Assembly: GCF_009914755.1 (NCBI RefSeq)
Contig: NC_060926.1
Length of the DNA stretch: 64,000 nt
Source of the DNA: the human T2T-CHM13v2.0 reference genome, Homo sapiens
Reading direction: 5' to 3' (one strand)
In this document: piece by piece, positions 1-14,073 of the stretch
Layout: each line of letters starts with the position of its first letter
Numbering within the stretch: position 1 is the first letter of the stretch
Position numbers and translations under genes: made by a program
Notes under the pieces: model-generated
What the model saw: only the letters and a program-made list of their open reading frames with translations
What the model was told of the DNA's origin: nothing
Database searches by the model: none

Positions 1-1335
1 TAGAATTTTTTTTCACATAAACCATAAGCAAATAAAGTCTTCACCTGTTCCATATTTCAGCTCTTTAATTAGCCCTAATTCAAGATTTATGTTTGTCACA
101 GCTTAAGTGTTATAACATAGGTTGTTTGTCATTGGCTTGTCCAGATGCCACTTGCTTCCCCTCTGTCCCCCTGGCAGCATACCCACATGCTATCCCCTAA
201 CAACTTTTATTCCCATCGCTCAGGCAGGCCCTAAGCCTACAAGGAAAAAAATAATGGCAGCATTTTGGTCTGAGAAACTTCCTGGAGAATAGACCAGACC
301 GTAAGCAAAGTTGGCTTAATTCTATTTATAATCTTTCTTACTTTTGTGAAAGAGAATTACCAGGCCCCTCAAGGTTTGCTTAAAATATTATGGACGGAAA
401 TTAAAAACCATTTGTAGCATGGTGAAGATTTGGTTTTCAGATGCACAAAGGACTGCCATGTAAATAATGATGTAGACTGTTCTCTTTTATTCAAGAGAGG
501 ATCAGTAGTTAGGAATCAGAGAAAACATATTTCTGCTTTTAAGAGCGTTCAAACACCTAATGCTGATTAGCAATGGAAAGGTCTTTGTTATGAAAGTGAG
601 TTATGGATTAATTACTAAATACTCAGTAATTTAGCACACACTACATTTCCATTTGCTGGTGACATTTTAGTTTTTGGCTTTTTAATGTAGGGTAAGTAAA
701 AGTCTTTTAACTCGGGGGGAAAAATTTGCTTCAGAGCCTGTGCTTTCAAAGAGCAAATGCACCAGGCAGTTTCTGCCCATTGTATGCCCCTAACGTTGTC
801 ACCACACTCCAAAGATAGTAGAACAAATCTATTAGTCTTTAAGCCACTAATTAGGAGAACTATCTCTTGCCTACCACGTGAGAGAAAATATAACTTAGCT
901 ACTACATTAGAGGATTCTTACTAGGGGAAGTTTTCAATCCATTTATAAGTAAATTGCCAGAAAAAAATAATACTACAAAGCAGAATGGACAAGTAATTTG
1001 TTTCCAGTAGTTTCAGATAGAAATAATCAAACTGCTATAAATAATAATGTACATGAAATAAGGAAAGAGTGACATATAAAGTGCAAGATTTTTATCATAT
1101 TCAATATTTCATCAACTGTAGGACACTTGTACATTATGGGAAAAATAAGAAAGCATTATTATCTATTCACTCTGCCCTCAATTTTATGCTCGCCTGGGCA
1201 GCTGAAGAGAAAAAAGCAAATAGACATCTGATGTGTCTTTGAGTAGATGTGTACTGTGGCAGACACATAGCAATGACAATGGTGCCTATGGGTCTTCGTT
1301 GTTCTAGTAGAGGAGTTGGCCAAAAGTTCTGGGGA

Positions 1336-1671
1336 AGAGGTTGACAAACTACTTTGGTAAAGAGCCAGATAGAAAAACTATTTCAGTATCTGCAGATCAT
1401 ACTGTAACTACCCAACCCTGCTGTCATAATGCATAAGCAGCCACAGACAGTAAGTGAATGAATGAGCTTGGGTATGTTTCAACAAACTTTATTTATAGAC
1501 ATTAATATTTGAATTTCAAAGGATTTTCACATATCATGAAATATTACTCTTTAAAAATTTTTTTCAACCATTAAAAAAAATCTAAAAACCGTTCTTATCT
1601 CATGGGTCATTAAAAAACCACATTGTTAAGGGGCAGGATTTGGCCCACAGGCCATAGTTTGCTGACCCCGG
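1336..1671 (+). mobile_element. MER58-family (hAT-Charlie) DNA transposon, MER58B-like
   Basis: Ends AGAGGTTGACAAACT...GGCCATAGTTTGCTGACCCC; colinear with the copy at 15973. Confidence 0.75.
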
Positions 1672-2192
1672 TTTTAGACAAAGCCATCTTACCAAGGCAC
1701 TCAAGATGTGGAAAAAGTGGACCTGTCTGAGGAGCAGGAGAGGGTGTAAAGGTGGAGGAAACAAATTTCAAAGTTTGATTCTTATTTCAGAAGATCCTAA
1801 ATAATGACTGGGAGTCTGTGCCTTGTCCTGGAGGAAGACTTTTTAAATAAGTCCTCGTAGACTCCCTGTTGTATTCTTACACTACATAGCTCCTATCTCC
1901 TGCCACCAAAGATGATGTATATAGTAACTAACTGTTACAGTCTCTAGAAGTTGGTTACTTGAATGTGGAATTGATGGAGCACCCGCCAAATGCTATGCAC
2001 TGTTCTCATAGAGAAATGGACAGCATCCAGGCCCCCATGATGAAGCTTACATGTGGGAAATAGTTAGCAATGGTTTTCTCTCATGAGTTACAGTGACCAT
2101 GTGATGTTTTCATAATCAAAAAATAATAAAGCCACTATAATTTTAAAATATTTGAACATTGTTTTCTTCAATTATCAACAATATAAATAAGG

Positions 2193-2254
<62 letters not shown>
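2193..2254 (+). repeat. (TAGA)n tetranucleotide microsatellite, about 15 perfect units
   Basis: Read directly. Confidence 0.97.
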
Positions 2255-2255
<1 letters not shown>

Positions 2256-2759
2256 ATTTCCCAGAGAAGGAAGGGGAGGAAGAGGAAAAATAATTAAACC
2301 TGCTTTTATATTTATCCCATGATTTCTAGATTTTAGACAATGGTAATGATAAGTTTTAAATTATGTTTATATTTTATGTCTTCTTAAGAAGAATTTATTG
2401 ATGTTATCACCCCCTTTTCTATCATCTTAACAACAATGTATAGAGTTGATTCTCATACATACTGGTCACCTTTATACTAATATCCCTTCCCCCTTCCCAG
2501 GTTTTTAAATTTCATTCATACTTGTGTATATCTTCAAGGAATCTTTTAGGGAGGCTTTGCAGATTATTTACTCTCTGAGCCATAACATGGTATTTTTCTC
2601 CAACCATTGTCTTGTAAAATGTCATCTTGTCGAGTAGATGCCTGAAGCCAGCCTAAAATTATTTTTTCCTTTGGGGATAATCTATTACTTCTGCATTAGA
2701 TAATCATAAACTTTTCAATTGTGTTTAAAACATAGATTTCTACTATAAAACTTCTGCAT

Positions 2760-3230
2760 GTAAATTACTTATAGATCTCCTAGGAAACATTTAGTGTTTT
2801 GTCTCTCCTCTAGTTTTCTTTCTTGATCTTTGGGTCCGTGGGTTCAGTCCCAGTGGTTTCTTCTATTATGTCAGTCACCATTGCCTCAGTTCTATTCCTT
2901 CTTCTCATTCCTGTAATTTCTATGATGTGGCCTCTGGGATGCCATTTGTTTCTCCGAGATTTGCCCTCCTTATCTTCCATTTTCTCTCCCATTATTTTAA
3001 GATTGCTATCTTTTTTCTGAGTTCTGGGTATATTCCTGGAGTTTGGCCTCTACTTTTCCTGTTCAACTCTCCACGGTACTCTATTTGTGAGACTTATCAC
3101 CTTCCACTCAGGTTTTCAGTTTAGTGGATTTTCCATCTCTACCCAACTTTTCCTAAATTTGGGGGGGTTTCCCTCCTTTTTGAGTGCTCTCTCTCTAGTA
3201 TCATCATTGTAGGGCTTTTCAAAATTCCTG
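2760..3230 (-). mobile_element. Ancient L1M fragment (ORF1-like)
   Basis: Minus-strand peptide MEDKEGKSRRN...IIEE loosely resembles L1 ORF1 EDRSRRxN; boundaries uncertain. Confidence 0.4.
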
Positions 3231-3232
3231 TT

Positions 3233-3522
3233 GGCCGGGCGTGGTGGCTCATGCCTGTAATCCCAGTACTTTGGGAGGCCAAGGCAGGCGAATCATGAGA
3301 TCAGGAGATCGAGACCATCCTGGCTAAGACGGTGAAACCCCGTCTCTACTAAAAATACAAAAAATTAGCCGGGCATGGTGGCAGCCACCTGTAGTCCCAG
3401 CTACTCTGGAGGCTGAGGCAGGCGTGAACCCAGGAGGCGGAGGTTGCAGCGAGCCGAGATCACACCACTGCATTCCAGCCTGGGCAACAGAGCAAGACTC
3501 TATCTCAAAAAAAAAAAAAAAA
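3233..3522 (+). mobile_element. Alu (Y/Sc-like)
   Basis: Full Alu dimer, A-tail, TSD AAAATTCCTGTT. Confidence 0.95.
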
Positions 3523-4019
3523 TTCCTGTTAACATGAATCAGAAACTTTCTAAAATTTTGTTGGTATCCTGCAGTAAATCCATTTCAAAGTGTTCTGTTG
3601 GTCTCTCCTTCTGCACTGTGGTGTCTTTTTCTAGGTTCAGTGATTTTTCTGCTTGCTCATTCTTATAAATGGAAACCTGGGCTTAGCAATTGACAATATA
3701 AGTTGTGGCCTAGATCGGCTAGGGTCTCCAACAAAGTCCTTCAGACTTCAGGAAAAAGAGATTTTACTTTATTCTAAATTTGTACGACTAGGGCCGAGAC
3801 CCAACAGCCTGTTAGGAATGGGGGAAAGAATGAAAAAGAGAAAAGCCCAGCAGTGCTGTTCACCAAACCCTGGCCTCAGATGCAGCCTGCTCTTCCCTTG
3901 CAGCATCCTGCCCAGGGAGGAGGCTCCACTGGCCACCAGCCTTTGGCTCTGGGGCAGGCTCTCTGAGCAGGAGCCATGTCTGTGAACTTGAAATAAACCC
4001 TCTGCTCTGATGTTTGCAG

Positions 4020-4251
4020 GATTGCTCGGATGATACGTCAAGAAAGAGGCAATGCCCTGCTTGTTGGAGTAGGAGGCACAGGAAAGCAGTCACTCACGAG
4101 ACTTGCAGCTCATATATGCGGTTACAAATGTTTGCAGATTGAACTCAGCCGGGGATATAATTATGATAGTTTTCATGAAGACCTGAGGAAGTTGTACAAA
4201 ATGGCTGGTGTAGAAGACAAGAATATGGTTTTCCTTTTCACTGACACCCAG
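4020..4251 (+). CDS. DNAH6: Dynein HC exon: AAA4 P-loop (IARMIRQERGNALLVGVGGTGKQSLTRLAA...FLFTDTQ)
   Basis: ttgcag acceptor, CAG|gtgtgt donor, Walker A GVGGTGKQS. Confidence 0.95.
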
Positions 4252-7200
4252 GTGTGTGTTTAAATAGCCCATGGGTGAGAACAGGAAATGTATGGGTGTT
4301 ACAATCGGGTGTGTGCTTTGAACAGTTTGTAGGATGAAGTTCAAGGGGATTGTTCCCTTTGATAACAGATTTCCTGCAGCTTGTAAAAGACTTTTATAAT
4401 ACATTTTTATTTATTTTACCAAGTATTGTTTCCCTCTTTAAATTCTTAGTAATTAAATTTGATCAAAGGTCGAGGAGGTAAGTTTTTAACTTTTCTTTGA
4501 GGGAAAAGGCAAAGATAACAGAAGGTAATAAACTATAAAAGTGCATATAAGAAAATAATTTACCAAAAATTCAATTAGGGAAACATGACTTTACCTACAG
4601 AAAGGAAAAAGTAAGGGCTATCTTTTGGGTTAAATTACCTTTAAAATTGAAGTAGGATTACATCTATATCTACAACAGCTAAATTAACTGATCTTGAATT
4701 AATTCTATAGCAGAGGACTTTCTACATTGATTATTCTTGGGTATTTTTTCTTTAGAGAAAATAAACCCATCTAGAAATTAGCCAACGAATAAAAAAGTGA
4801 TAGATTTGATGCATAAATGTTTTAAATATTGTAAGCAGAATTAAATACAAAGAAAAAATTGGAAAAATATTTTTAGTATCTATGACATGCAATGAGTTTA
4901 TATCTTATTATAAAAATACTTATCACAAATGAAAAAGGAAAAGTCAAGCACATCTATAGAAGAAATAGAAAAAATGTGATAGAATGTGAATACACAGTTC
5001 CAGAAAACAAAGGGCTTTAAACACCTGAAGAAATTTTCAACCTCACCATTAATGAAGGAAATTGTAATAAATAAAAATGCGAGTGACTTGGCCTTGCAAG
5101 TTGATAATGGTAAAAAATCATAATATACAGAGTTGGCAGAGGTGTGGGAATAATAGGCCTGTTTATTCTTCACTGGGAGATTATAAATTAGCAAAATCTT
5201 TCTGGAAGGTAGTTGGCAATATGTAGGTAAAGCCTTTACATTTCTTTTACGTTATACTCAAAGCTATGTACAAAGTTGCATGTATAAGAATATCTATTGT
5301 AATGTTTTTAAATAATAATCTGAGAGAGTATTAATGTCCAGTGAGAGAAAGTCATATACATAATATCTGATATAACCATATACTAGAGCACTGTGTAAAA
5401 ACTGTAAAATTATATTTTAGAAGCATCCACATTTTAATGTATATCTAGACATGTATGCCCTGTGTACAAAGAGAAAACATTTGAATCTTGGGATTGTGAG
5501 TGATTTTTATTGTCTAGTTGCTTATCTGTAGTTTCTGATTATCCTAAAATTAAGATATTTCTGATAGTGCTTTTAACATTGCTTTTAAAAATCAAACAAG
5601 TTATGTAAAAAGTCTCCAAGTATTAAAGCTCCAAAGATCAAGTCATATTGTGTTGCTTCTCTTTAGACAAAAAGTTACTACATTCTGTTGGAAGCCCCAA
5701 TCAATCTCAAATGTTCTACAATAATGAAGAGTAAACGTAACCATAAAAATAAAAATGCATGTGTCTATACATGAACTTATATATACACAAAACATTATAA
5801 ATGTGAGAAGAAATTGAGAGAAACAAGATGTTAAAAATAGAGTTTAATTGGCTGTAACTTAACAAATACAAAGTAGAAATAACTATGATTAGATATTTTA
5901 CATAATATAATTTCTAAGCTACAATTAATAGCTATATACTATATTTCATATTTTACAGAGAAAGCAAATATTTTCTAATACTACTGAATGTTTACAAAAA
6001 TTAATCATATACTAGATTTAAAGAAATTTTTATTAAATTGTTAAAAGCATAAGCTGTACTCGTAACATTCTTTGCCCATGCTTTAATTAAGGGAGAAATT
6101 AATGATGTGTCTTAGGACTTTAAAACATTCATATAAAGATCAAGAAAGTCAAAATCTCTTAGAGACTAAGAAAAATGAACTTAATATAAATAAAAATCTA
6201 TGGAATGCAACCCAGCAGTTCTCAAATTTACATTTGTAGATTTGAATCAAAAATTAGAAACTACACAAATTAGTTTACTTAAAACTTTAGGAGGGAACAA
6301 ATGTCACAAGACACATAAGAAAATGGAACAAGATAAAGCAAAAATAAATTAGAACACAGAAAACTAGTGTTTGCTCTTGGGGAAAATTGACAGACACAAT
6401 TATACCAAGTTCATTAAGAAAAACAAAAAGTTTCAAATGAAGAAAACAAAATAACAGATATCTTGTCATAGTTAAATATATAGTACTCAAACTTTTATAT
6501 AACTAAAAAGTTAACTGAAATAAAGGGTAAACGAGAGATTGCTTTTAAATATTTGCATCAATGTTGAAAGACAAAAAGTCTATTTCAAAATATGTAAATT
6601 ACTCATGCAAATTTGAAAGAAAACTCCAAGATGCAGGTGGTTGCAAAGTTTAGACTGACTTTTTAATGGACAATAATAAATGTGGGATAATATTTTCCCT
6701 TGCTAATAATCAAAAACATCCAAAATAAATTCTCCAAAAGAAAGCATTTATTATATCTCCCAAATTAACAAAAATAAATGTTAAAAATTGATGAAGTCAC
6801 ACTTGAATTGAATGAGAAATAGTAAAATCTTCAAAATCCAGAAAATATTTGTGCATTTAATTGGTAATCTCACTCCTGGGAATTTGTTTCAAGAAAATAA
6901 TCCAACTAAGGGGAAAAGATATATGCCTAAAATTGTTCTTATAATGTAAACAAGACTGTAAACTATCTCTGTCCGTGCAAATGTATGGTGCATCAGCTCA
7001 ATGGTGCATTCTGCTTCTATATTTTTGATAAATATGATGAGTACATTACAGAACTATGGGTTAGTATTAATGATAAAATGGTAACTGAAAGGGGCAGAAT
7101 ATAAAATACTTGCACATATGACTTGACCAAGGTAAAATGGGAATGCCTGCTAAGAAACAAAACACAAAGGAAAAATGAAAAATCAGTGTACTTGCTATGT

Positions 7201-7345
7201 TAGAACTTCAGGGTTCCATGAAATTTTTAAGATTATCTTCTCTTAAAGATGAAATTGATTCATGTGAATTTTAGAATAAATATTTGCTTTATAATAAATG
7301 GAAAATGATTGAGCAAGTTGTAATGATCACTGCTTTCTTCTACAG

Positions 7346-7498
7346 ATTGTAGTGGAGGAGTTCCTAGAAGATATAAATAACATCCTGAACTCAGGTGAAG
7401 TGCCTAATTTATTTGAAAAGGATGAACTGGAGCAGGTTTTAGCGGCCACCAGACCAAGAGCAAAAGAAGTAGGAATTTCTGAGGGGAACAGAGACGAG
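7346..7498 (+). CDS. DNAH6: Dynein HC exon (IVVEEFLEDINNILNSGEVPNLF...GNRDE)
   Basis: ctacag acceptor, GAG|gtagga donor, conserved AAA4 motif FLEDINNILNSGEVPNLF. Confidence 0.95.
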
Positions 7499-8414
7499 GT
7501 AGGATGTGCCAGAGTAGTTATGTGGCTTTATCACAAAAACGTTTCTTCACCTTTTATTTAACCATTCATTGATTGCCTGAAGGGGTCCATGAATAAAATT
7601 TTTTTCAATATAATTGGTTTCCTTTGTATTCGATGTATTTTATTTTCGGTGTTTAAAGCATTGGGTCACCAGACTTCCAGAAAGTTCTGTGGGAAGCAGA
7701 AAACAGAAATCCCATTGCCCCACAGAGGTCATAGTCTTGTCCAAACTGGCCAGCCTCTCTTATTCCTCTTTAAGCACCAGTTTATTTCACACACTGCAGC
7801 ACCCTACCTGTGGCGGGCTGAAGGCATAGGTCCAGCATTGTTGATGCCCTTGCCTAGCAGCAATGTTATGACACAACAAAGCAGGAATGTGTTTTCTCTC
7901 ACTCTCTCGGGAACAGTGTGGCTGCTGTACACTTCCATTCTCCAGCACCATGCTAGATCCCATACACCACTACTTGTTCACCCCAGCTTTTTTCCTTGTT
8001 TTTGCACCTTCTTTAAGTTTCTGGCTGTTCTTTCTTATATCTTTACTGTTTCCCTTTGTGAGAATTGTCTCTCCTGCTAGGTCGGAGATTATAGGTACAG
8101 ATGCAAGTCTACTTCTGCTAATGTAAGCAGGAAGGGATTTATTAAAGGGACACAGAATCATTGGAAGGGCCAAAGAAAGAAATTCCAGACTGAACTGATT
8201 GGAATGAATATAAAATGTACACTGTAGAAGTCAATGGTCAAGGAGGTAGCTGCCTCTGCCACAACCATTCCTGCTGAAGCAGGGAGCCACTAAACCAGTC
8301 AGTGTGCCTCTGCATCAGCCGCCAGCTCCAGAGCCATGTGTCCTCCATCACATCAGGAAGCAGCTGAAATCAGGAGCCACTTCCAGAAATAATAGCTCCA
8401 GGATAGTTTATCAA

Positions 8415-8976
8415 AGAACTTTGAACTACCATTTGATCCAGCAATCCCATTACTGGTATATACCCAAAGGAAAATAAATCATTCTACCAAAAAGAGATAT
8501 GCACCTGTATGTTTCATTGCAGCACTATTCACAATAGCAAAGACACGGAACCAACTCAGGTGCCCATCAGTGGTGGATTAGATATAGAAAAAGTGGTATG
8601 TGCACACCATGGAATACTACACAGCCATTAAAAATAATGAAATTGTGTCCTTTACAGAAACATGGATGCAGCTGGAGGTCATTATCATAAGCAAATAATG
8701 CAGAAACAGAAAACCAAATACCACCTGTTCTCACTTATAGCTAAACATTGGGTAACATGGACATAAAGTTGGGAACAATAGACAACGCAGAATAAAAGAG
8801 CACAGAGGGAAGGAGGGATGAAAGGGTTGAAAAACTACCTATTGGATACTGTGCTTACTTCCTGGGTGACAAGATCAGTCATACTCCAAACCCCAGCATC
8901 ACGCAATATATCTTTGTAACAAACCTACACATGTACCCCCAGAATCTAAAATAAAAGTTGAAAAAGAAAAAAAAAA
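8415..8976 (+). mobile_element. L1 3' end (older L1PA/L1PB)
   Basis: GATCCAGCAATCCCATTACTGG...TGTAACAAACCTACACATGTACCCC, AATAAA and A-tail. Confidence 0.88.
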
Positions 8977-9364
8977 ACTCCCATACCATGCAACTTCTGC
9001 CAGGCTCTGCACCTGTACAACTGTGCAGCACCCTGCCCCTCTCTCCCAGATGTCTTCTGCCCCACAGCAAAACCTTGTATGAATGGCCCTTTATTCAAAG
9101 GATCTCCTCAAGTACACGGGTGAAAGGGACCTAAATCACATCCAGAACCCTAGCCACGATGGAGTTTGCAAAATGTCATTTTTAATCTTTCCAGACTGTG
9201 TGAGAGAAAGAGGTTGGAGTGAATGTTGAACAAGAAAATTTACATATCTACTATGCTGACATTTTATATTTGATATTGGGAGCCTCAGATGCATTAGCCA
9301 ACACTTATTTTCATTGTTGCTTAATCATTATTTTAAACTGAAAAAATAACTTTCTTTTTGTCAG

Positions 9365-9505
9365 GTGTTTCAATACTTTATCAGCAAAGTGCGTCAGAAG
9401 CTGCACATTGTTCTCTGCATGAGCCCAGTTGGGGAGGCCTTTCGGTCCCGATGCAGGATGTTTCCATCCCTTGTGAATTGCTGCACCATTGACTGGTTTG
9501 TGCAG
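9365..9505 (+). CDS. DNAH6: Dynein HC exon ([47 protein letters not shown])
   Basis: tgtcag acceptor, CAG|gttggt donor, conserved LHIVLCMSP and [13 protein letters not shown] motifs. Confidence 0.95.
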
Positions 9506-10867
9506 GTTGGTGACATCCCAGGATATCTCTTTGAGAAGTTGGACTTGCTTGACTTTAAAGGGGTAACACATTGTCCAAGAGTAACTCATGGGTACTTGTA
9601 TTAGCTTTAAAGCCTACTAGGAATTTATTCATATAGAGAATGACCGTGACAATCATAGAACAAAGACAAAACAGAATTTGTAAAGTAAGAGACCATTGAA
9701 TTTAGCAATGTGGAAGTTATCAGCTATCTTGACAAAATCTGTTTCAATGGATGGTGGGAGAAAGGGTTCAAGAGAGAAGAGGGGAGAGAAATCTGAGTCA
9801 GTGGTTATAGGCAACACTTTTGAGTTTTGCCCCAAAGGAAAGCAGAGAGATGGGGCAAGAGCTAGGGGACATGTGAGGTCAAGAGAGAAGTATTTTTAAA
9901 TGTGAAACACAAGCGGCATGCATGTGTGCTGATGTAAATGATCCAGAAAAGATAAATATATGGATGATGCAGCATACCGAGTTAAGCGCTGTGGGACCAG
10001 TGTCCTTGAATAAGCAAGAAGGGATAAGAATGAGTCATCAAAGAAGGGGCTGACCTGGTCAGGGTGCATCCACAGCCTACCCCTGAGTAACAGGTAGGGA
10101 GGCAGAATATATGAGCACAGATGCAGGTAGGTAGGAAGATGTGGGGGTAAGAGGTCATTGAAGTTCTGTTTTCATTGCTATTGTTTTTTAGTGATATGGG
10201 CAGTAGGATCATCAGCTGAGAGTGAAAAAGAAAGACTAAGTGTCAGCAGTTTAAGGAAGTAGAATCCGGTGTGAAATACTCAGGAGAGCATAAAACTGAT
10301 ATATTAGAAAATGTAGAAGCATTTCTGGGCTGCACTAAGCTAATTATCAAAAATTTAAAGTGATACTAATTGGCAGCCATGCTCAGCTGCACAGTTGCAG
10401 GCATGAAGTAAGAGAGTTGCATTTGACCAATGTTCAAGTGAGTTCAAAGAAGCAAGAGAGGAGCAAAGGAGTTGAGGTGTGCAGGGCAGTGATTATAATG
10501 ATGGACGTGAGGTCCCAACTATGTAACAAACAGAGTGAGGACGTAAGGTCCCTGTAACATATATGATTTATTTATGGAATTCTAGAAGCACCCAATCATT
10601 AATTCATTCAGTCAACAAATATGTATTGAGCAACTTCCGTGTGCATGATACTGTGGAGACATACTGGTCACTAAATGCAGACCCAGGCACCCCTCAAATG
10701 GACAGAGCCCTTCAGTTCATTAAGCACCATAGACATGAGTAGGAGTTAACTAGGTGAAGAGGGGACTGGGCAGGGAGGAGTTCCCGAGAAATATGTTTTT
10801 CTTGGTATTAAACTGTATGTTATTGAAATGACACAACAGATTTTCTAGATTTTTCCTTGATTCACAG

Positions 10868-11110
10868 TGGCCCAGAGAAGCACTTCTTTCTGTGTCAAAG
10901 ACATTTTTCTCACAAGTCGATGCTGGAAATGAAGAACTGAAAGAAAAGCTTCCCTTGATGTGCGTGAACGTTCACTTGAGTGTCTCCAGCATGGCAGAGC
11001 GCTATTACAATGAGCTGCGCAGGCGGTACTACACGACACCCACCTCCTACCTGGAGCTTATCAATCTTTACCTGTCTATGCTGTCTGAAAAAAGGAAGCA
11101 GATTATTTCA
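10868..11110 (+). CDS. DNAH6: Dynein HC exon ([10 protein letters not shown]...[12 protein letters not shown]...RKQIIS)
   Basis: tcacag acceptor, TCA|gtaggt donor, conserved TPTSYLEL motif. Confidence 0.95.
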
Positions 11111-11208
11111 GTAGGTTCAATATTATCCATGAAAATATTGTTTTGCTTGAACTCAGAACTTTTGAGAATGCATGGAAACTCTATGCACTGTCTTACCTGT
11201 CAGGGCCC

Positions 11209-11628
11209 TGTATTAGTCCATTCTCGCACTGCTATAAAGAAATACCTGAGACTGGGTAATTTATAAGAAAAGAGATGTAATTGGCTCACAGTTCTGCAGG
11301 TTGTACAGGAAGCATAGTGCTGGCATCTGCTCAGCTTTTGGGGAGGCCTCGGGAAACTTTCAATCATGGCAGAAGGTGAAGAGGAAACAGGCACATTTTA
11401 TGTGGCAAGAGCAGGAGCAAGAGAGAGAGGGGGGTGGTGCCACACACTTTTAAACACCAGATCTCACAAGAACTCACTATCATGATGACAGCACCAAAGG
11501 GAGGATGGTGGTAAGCCATGAGAAACTGTCCCCATGATCCAATTACCTCCCACCAGGCCCCACCTCCAGCATTGAAGATTACATTTCAACATGAGATTTG
11601 GGTGGGGACACAGATCCAAACCATATCA
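11209..11628 (-). mobile_element. MST (ERVL-MaLR) solo LTR
   Basis: TGTATTAGTCC...CCAAACCATATCA with perfect 5-bp TSD GGCCC. Confidence 0.9.
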
Positions 11629-12269
11629 GGCCCTCTCCATCATGACATGTGCCCCTGACAACCTAAAATATGACCAAAAAGTGTTTCCTGCTGTTGGTCT
11701 GAGGGCCTTCTCCTTTTCAATAATTATATATATTTTCCTTCTGCCATTTATGCAAGTATCCTTGACTCAGTAGAATGATATGGGCATCACAAGACCATCA
11801 AAGTTATGCAGTGAACTGGTCATCTCTATGGTATTTAATACAGAGGAAAACATTTTGTTAAGCAATACAGATGGTGTTTTAAAGAACATGTGCCAGTGGT
11901 TCCGACTAAGAGCAAGGACTGGGGTATCAGCCAAACTGTGTACAGCCTATGTTCTGCCTCTGGCTATGCAACTTTGAGCACATTAGTAACTTCTCTAAGC
12001 CTTAGTAGAAAATAAGGCTAAAAGAAAATCTGTATCTACCTCTTGGATTGTCGTGGAATTTAGGACACTTTGTTAGTGAATTCCTGAAACTATGATCTGA
12101 CACATATAAAGTGCTCAGAAAATAGAAGCTGCTGTCATCATCATCATCAGGAAATTAACATGACCTACAATTTTCTACATTTTAAACACACTAAAAATGG
12201 AAGCACTTACAATATAGATATTTAAATTTTTTCAGAGGGTTCTTACCTGGTTAAATGCCTGCCTTGTGA

Positions 12270-12605
<336 letters not shown>

Positions 12606-13165
12606 ATGAGCCAAGCTTTCTGACTCACCTTCGAAAAACAGTTCTTCCCAGGTGTCTCCTTTACCAGATACCAGCCCTTTGATCATGGTCAAGAGTTTTC
12701 TACCACAGGGAAGTAGGTTTCAAATCCAGCAGCTAGAGCTACACCCTCTGGACCTCATCTCCCTAGGGGTCCTCAGCCCTGCTGGCCAGAGCAAACAAGC
12801 TCCCAGAGCTGCAGCCTCCAGGGATTCACATCTGGACCTGTTCCTCACTCATTCAACATGCTACCACAGGGAATAAAAACAGTACCATGTGGTCCTTACT
12901 CTCAGTGAGCCACAGCCCAGTGACGTCCCACTGCTGTGGCCAGAGGGCATGGATCCAAACAACTGTGATGAATGTCATGGCCATTTCTAGAGTTCCATTA
13001 TCTGAACATTTCCCAATTTGTAATATGTTCACAACCTGAATTATTACAAACTGATTTAACAATTCTGTAGACGTAAAAGTCTAATACATGAGTAATATGT
13101 GTTCGATACCAGTAAACTTAGAGTTTATAATGCTCATTATAATATAAATTTTCATTGTCACTTAG

Positions 13166-13333
13166 GCACGAGATCGGGTGAAGAATGGTCTCACCAAGCT
13201 ACTAGAAACAAACATACTAGTAGATAAAATGAAACTAGATCTTTCAGCTTTAGAGCCTGTACTTTTAGCAAAATCAGAAGATGTTGAAGCCCTGATGGAA
13301 AAATTGGCAGTGGATCAAGAAAGTGCCGATCAG
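13166..13333 (+). CDS. DNAH6: Dynein HC exon, start of stalk CC1 ([16 protein letters not shown]...QESADQ)
   Basis: acttag acceptor, CAG|gtatgc donor, in frame with neighbours; translated by hand because it is absent from the ORF track. Confidence 0.93.
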
Positions 13334-13837
13334 GTATGCTGCAGTTCCTGAGAATGTGGAAAAGGCTTCTGTCAGCAACTGATCACTTATATATAATGAG
13401 ACACGATTGGATTTTTTTATTATATATGTTATTAAAATAATTAAGTGATAGATTTAGCAAAGTTTTTTTTTTTTTAGCAATTTAGCAATGCTTTTAAGTT
13501 GTAAACAATCTCCCTTTACTAAATCAGTTTGGCTCTGTCCCCAAGAATTGATGCAGCCCAATGAATAGGACAGAGAATTGTGAGAAAAGCACCACCTACA
13601 AATATAAAGCAACTATGTCTCTCCTAAGATGGAACTGTTTGTTATAATAAGTTTATATTCATTATGCTATTGGCATGGCATAGATGGACAAAGGAGAGCA
13701 TAAAATGCAATCTAGCTAATTCCCTTTCATCATTATTCTAATCCAAAGGGCAAATATGACTCACTATTATTGGCTTTGTTTTGAATATTAAAATTCAAAT
13801 AATGAGGCCACTTAAGCAGTCATGTTTCAATGGTTAG

Positions 13838-14073
13838 GTCCGTAACACTGTGCAGGAGGATGAAGCAACAGCAAAAGTCAAAGCTGAAGAAACCCAAGCA
13901 ATAGCTGATGATGCTCAAAGAGATCTTGACGAGGCACTACCTGCACTAGATGCTGCCAATAAAGCACTGGATTCCTTAGATAAGGCAGATATATCTGAAA
14001 TCAGAGTTTTTACAAAGCCCCCAGATTTGGTCATGACAGTAATGGAAGCAATCTCCATTCTTTTGAATGCCAA
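13838..14073 (+). CDS. DNAH6: Dynein HC exon, stalk CC1 into MTBD (VRNTVQEDE...[24 protein letters not shown]...LLNAK)
   Basis: ggttag acceptor, CAA|gtgagt donor, typical stalk ALPAL motif. Confidence 0.95.

Noticed and set aside
1-4019. An upstream dynein exon or promoter/CpG island
   Set aside because: AT-rich, CpG-poor intronic sequence with repeats; no dynein-like peptide seen
7589-8080. 163-aa ORF, the longest in the track
   Set aside because: Intronic, no recognisable domain, no splice support; consistent with chance
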